This document shows positions 60,601-64,000 of a stretch of 64,000 nt of DNA, piece by piece. The translations under genes were made by a program, and so were the position numbers. A model generated the notes under the pieces. That model saw nothing but the letters and a program-made list of their open reading frames with translations. It searched no databases and was not told the DNA's origin. The DNA is from Neoechinorhynchus agilis (Eukaryota > Animalia > Acanthocephala): positions 1,950,734-2,014,733 of the forward strand of contig CM121341.1 in the NCBI GenBank assembly GCA_051530055.1. Direction: 5' to 3'. Position 1 is the stretch's first letter; each line of letters starts with the position of its first letter.

Positions 60601-62060
60601 TTCCATTTTGCTATGGATTTGTTAAAATCTATTTTTTATCCAATGAAATCGATCAAAGATCATTTTTCGAAATATCCGACACCAATGAGAAAAGTTGAAG
60701 GTTTGCTTTGAAACCAGAAAAATCTAACCAAAATTTTAATTGCGAAAAATCAGTTCAATGAATCTTCCATTTTGCTATGGATTTGTTAAAATCTATTTTT
60801 CATCCAATGAAATCGATCAAAGATCATTTTTCGAAATATCCGACACCAATGAGAAAAGTTGAAGGTTTACTTTGAAACCAGAAAAATCTTACTAAAATTT
60901 TAATTGCGAAAAATCAGTTCAATGAATCTTCCATTTTGCTATGGATTTGTTAAAATCTATTTTTCATCCAATGAAATCGATCAAAGATCATTTTTCGAAA
61001 TATTGGACACGACTGAGAAAAGTTGAAGGTTTACTTTGAAACCAGAAAAATCTTACTAAAATTTTAATTGCGAAAAATCAGTTCAATGAATCTTCCATTT
61101 TGCTATGGATTTGTTAAAATCTTCTTTTCATCCAATGAAATCGATCAAAGATCATTTTTCGAAATATTGGACACGACTGAGAAAAGTTGAAGGTTTACTT
61201 TGAAACCAGAAAAATCTTACTAAAATTTTAATTGCGAAAAATCAGTTCAATGAATCTTCCATTTTGCTATGGATTTGTTAAAATCTTCTTTTCATCCAAT
61301 GAAATCGATCAAAGATCATTTTTCGAAATATTGGACACGACTGAGAAAAGTTGAAGGTTTACTTTGAAACCAGAAAAATCTTACTAAAATTTTAATTGCG
61401 AAAAATCAGTTCAATGAATCTTCCATTTTGCTATGGATTTGTTAAAATCTTCTTTTCATCCAATGAAATCGATCAAAGATCATTTTTCGAAATATTGGAC
61501 ACGACTGAGAAAAGTTGAAGGTTTACTTTGAAACCAGAAAAATCTTACTAAAATTTTAATTGCGAAAAATCAGTTCAATGAATCTTCCATTTTGCTATGG
61601 ATTTGTTAAAATCTTCTTTTCATCCAATGAAATCGATCAAAGATCATTTTTCGAAATATTGGACACGACTGAGAAAAGTTGAAGGTTTACTTTGAAACCA
61701 GAAAAATCTTACTAAAATTTTAATTGCGAAAAATCAGTTCAATGAATCTTCCATTTTGCTATGGATTTGTTAAAATCTTCTTTTCATCCAATGAAATCGA
61801 TCAAAGATCATTTTTCGAAATATCTGACACCAATAAGAAAAGTTGAAGGTTTACTTTTAAAGCGGAAAAGTCTTACTATAATTTTAATAGGGAAAAATCA
61901 GTTCAATCAGTCTTCTATTTTGCTATGGATTTGTTAAAATCGACTAAAAATCCGATGAAATCGATCAAAGATTATTTTTCATAATATCTGACCCTAAAAT
62001 GAAAAGTTGAAAGTTTAGTTTCAAACCTTAAAAATCTCACTAAAATTTTAATTGCAAAAA
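57671..62060. repeat. Satellite array, 164-bp monomer, about 27 copies, two subfamilies
   Basis: GTCTTCCATTTT anchors at 57843, 58007 and 58171 (period 164); near-identical units with diverged flanking units. Confidence 0.98.
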
Positions 62061-62954
62061 TAATCAAATTGAGAAAAGTTCATAGTTACATCGCGCCTTG
62101 TATTTAAATTATAAACTAAAAGCTAAAGGCTTTCAAATATAAATTCAAATATTGACCAAACCAAAATTGGTTTCCTTTTAGCTGTTGATTTGTTTTCTTG
62201 TGTTGAAATAAACAAGTGTTATGGCCATCGGAAAGTTAAGGATAATCGTTTAGGTTTTGAACAACAATTTGTGAGTGAGGTGAATGTAATGACCCCTTTC
62301 GGTGGTATAAAAGAAGTTGTAGAGCTGTTCATCGATGAGTTATCGGTTGATCCTACGTTTCTCTTAGTCGAGCTTTCGCTATCTCTTTTGTAAGGTCATT
62401 TGTATTATGGAATATGGCGCCTTCCCGACGGACTTCAGATACACCGAGACATTATTAGAAACTTGAAATCCCATGAACTACTTTCAAAATACGTTTCGGT
62501 ATCATAGTTCCTCTTCCCATTAAAATATAGTTCTTCCAATATTTTAGAATGAGATTTTATAAATATTTTTTAATCTGGTTTTTAGAACTATATTTTCGAA
62601 CACCGCAGGAATTCCATCTGATGAATTTAGGACTTGGTATTGCTGACATGGGAACAGCTGCTAGCCTTCTAACCAATTCTAGGTTTATTTCGAAACATTG
62701 CACAAATATTCTAATTTTTCTATATTTCTAACATTTTTAAATAAAGCTTTTTCTAAAAGTACGTCGATCCATTCAGGTGCACTTTCAGAAAAATGCTTTT
62801 AAATCCGATTAATATAGAGCAATCCCAAATGTTTGTAGTATTTAAAGAGACGGTATACGAAATCACTATATAGTCCCGCAATTGGGAAACAAGCGGTCAT
62901 ACTCCCATTGAAACAGGAATCAGGTTACGTACTCCTATCTTTCTACTTTAAGAT

Positions 62955-63425
62955 ATGCCCTCCTCCACAGACGAATACAGTGATGGTGAGGGGGTAACAA
63001 TTAGTTTAGATGAGTTAGTAGCAGCGGATACGAAGGACAAGCCTGATGAACCAAATGATGTTCAACAAAGTCCGCCAGTAGATGAGTCAAAGGGGTTAAC
63101 CGATGATGAGGTACGCGATTTAGAAACCGCGATTTTTGAATTCGAGAGAAGAGACATGTTCGACGTCTGGGAAACAAACGAACAAATGGACGAATGCGAA
63201 CGATACATCAATAGTGAAAACAGTGGACACCCAAGACGTAGTTATTTTAGCTTGTGGGTTCCAGGATATGGGCACGTTACCGAAGCGAAGTACGAGGAGA
63301 TATATGGAAGGAAACCGGAGCCCATATCCAACTATCGAATTAGACCAAGGTTCACACGTCGTGCGTCAAATGTCACAACGACGGAGGAGAGCCATAAGTT
63401 GCGGAAACGCCACAACTCTTATTAG
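62955..63425 (+). CDS. 156-aa acidic orphan ORF
   Basis: ATG-initiated, protein-like composition, TATATA-like motif at about 62867. No recognised family. Confidence 0.45.
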   Translation: MPSSTDEYSDGEGVTISLDELVAADTKDKPDEPNDVQQSPPVDESKGLTDDEVRDLETAIFEFERRDMFDVWETNEQMDECERYINSENSGHPRRSYFSLWVPGYGHVTEAKYEEIYGRKPEPISNYRIRPRFTRRASNVTTTEESHKLRKRHNSY

Positions 63426-63664
63426 ATTTTAGTATACAAGCGCAAAAAAAAGATGACCATGGTTTGTCTTTTTAATAAAAGCTTGTAATTTGGCAAATTA
63501 GGAGCATGGCATCAAATTTTATGGCTGCTTCACACATTTCTTGCAATATTTTTATCCATTTAAGTGTAACAGTGATAATTTTAAATGACTGATTCGGAGT
63601 GTTCATTGCAATCTTTGTCGAAATCGTTGCAGCATTTATGGTCGTGATCATTATTAATATCGAA

Positions 63665-64000
63665 ATAGCAAGAGTATTCGTAAGAGTTAAGGCGGAGATT
63701 TTCGTCATTTGATTCTAGTCTTATACGTCAAGGTACTCATGACGATCATCGCCTTTCATCATTGTGTTCAATGCGTCAGTCGTTTGAAATCTGTGTAGTA
63801 TTCGTAGTACTTTAAGGTGAGATTTTCGCATTTGATTCTAGTCTTATACGTCAAGGTACTCATGACGATCATCGCCTTCCATCATTGTGTTCAATGCGTC
63901 AGTCGTTTGAAATCTGCGTAGTATTCGTAGTATTTTAAGGTGAGATTTTCGTCATTTGATTCTAGTCTTTTACGTCAAGGTACTCATGACGATCATCGCC
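63665..64000. repeat. Tandem repeat, ~123-124-bp unit, running off the window end
   Basis: GATTCTAGTCTT at 63711, 63834 and 63958. Confidence 0.92.

Noticed and set aside
57671-62060. CRISPR-like array
   Set aside because: Units are contiguous and near-identical with no unique spacers, and the context is eukaryotic.

Overview
AT-rich, gene-dense, intron-poor eukaryotic (metazoan) DNA; the species cannot be determined from the sequence. Recognisable genes: a class A GPCR, a DGK-like protein, myosin regulatory light chain, BRIP1/FANCJ, a FLYWCH protein, SPCS2, soluble adenylyl cyclase (ADCY10), LRCH, RAP1, an aromatic amino-acid decarboxylase (AADC), a troponin C/calmodulin-like protein, ZNF207/BuGZ and DSTYK. 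There is also one tRNA-Leu(CAG), about eight CRE-clade (RLE) retrotransposon relics, a Penelope element and several tandem arrays, including a 4.4 kb 164-bp satellite. Two observations stand out. (1) Normal GT-AG introns are present (many 46-51 nt), yet BRIP1 (3 sites) and AADC (2 sites) are split inside conserved motifs by inserts that cannot be removed with GT-AG ends without losing conserved residues. The insert ends base-pair, and one insert has TIRs plus a 5-bp duplication. This points to a structured, possibly transposon-born class of non-canonical introns, with weaker candidates in ZNF207, the DGK-like gene and ADCY10. (2) A 329-bp tRNA-Leu-derived SINE-like element with an 11-bp TSD sits inside the Penelope RT. 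It carries a complete hammerhead ribozyme core whose three strands are in a non-circularly permuted (pseudoknotted) order. All protein assignments come from motif recognition by eye; no searches were run.
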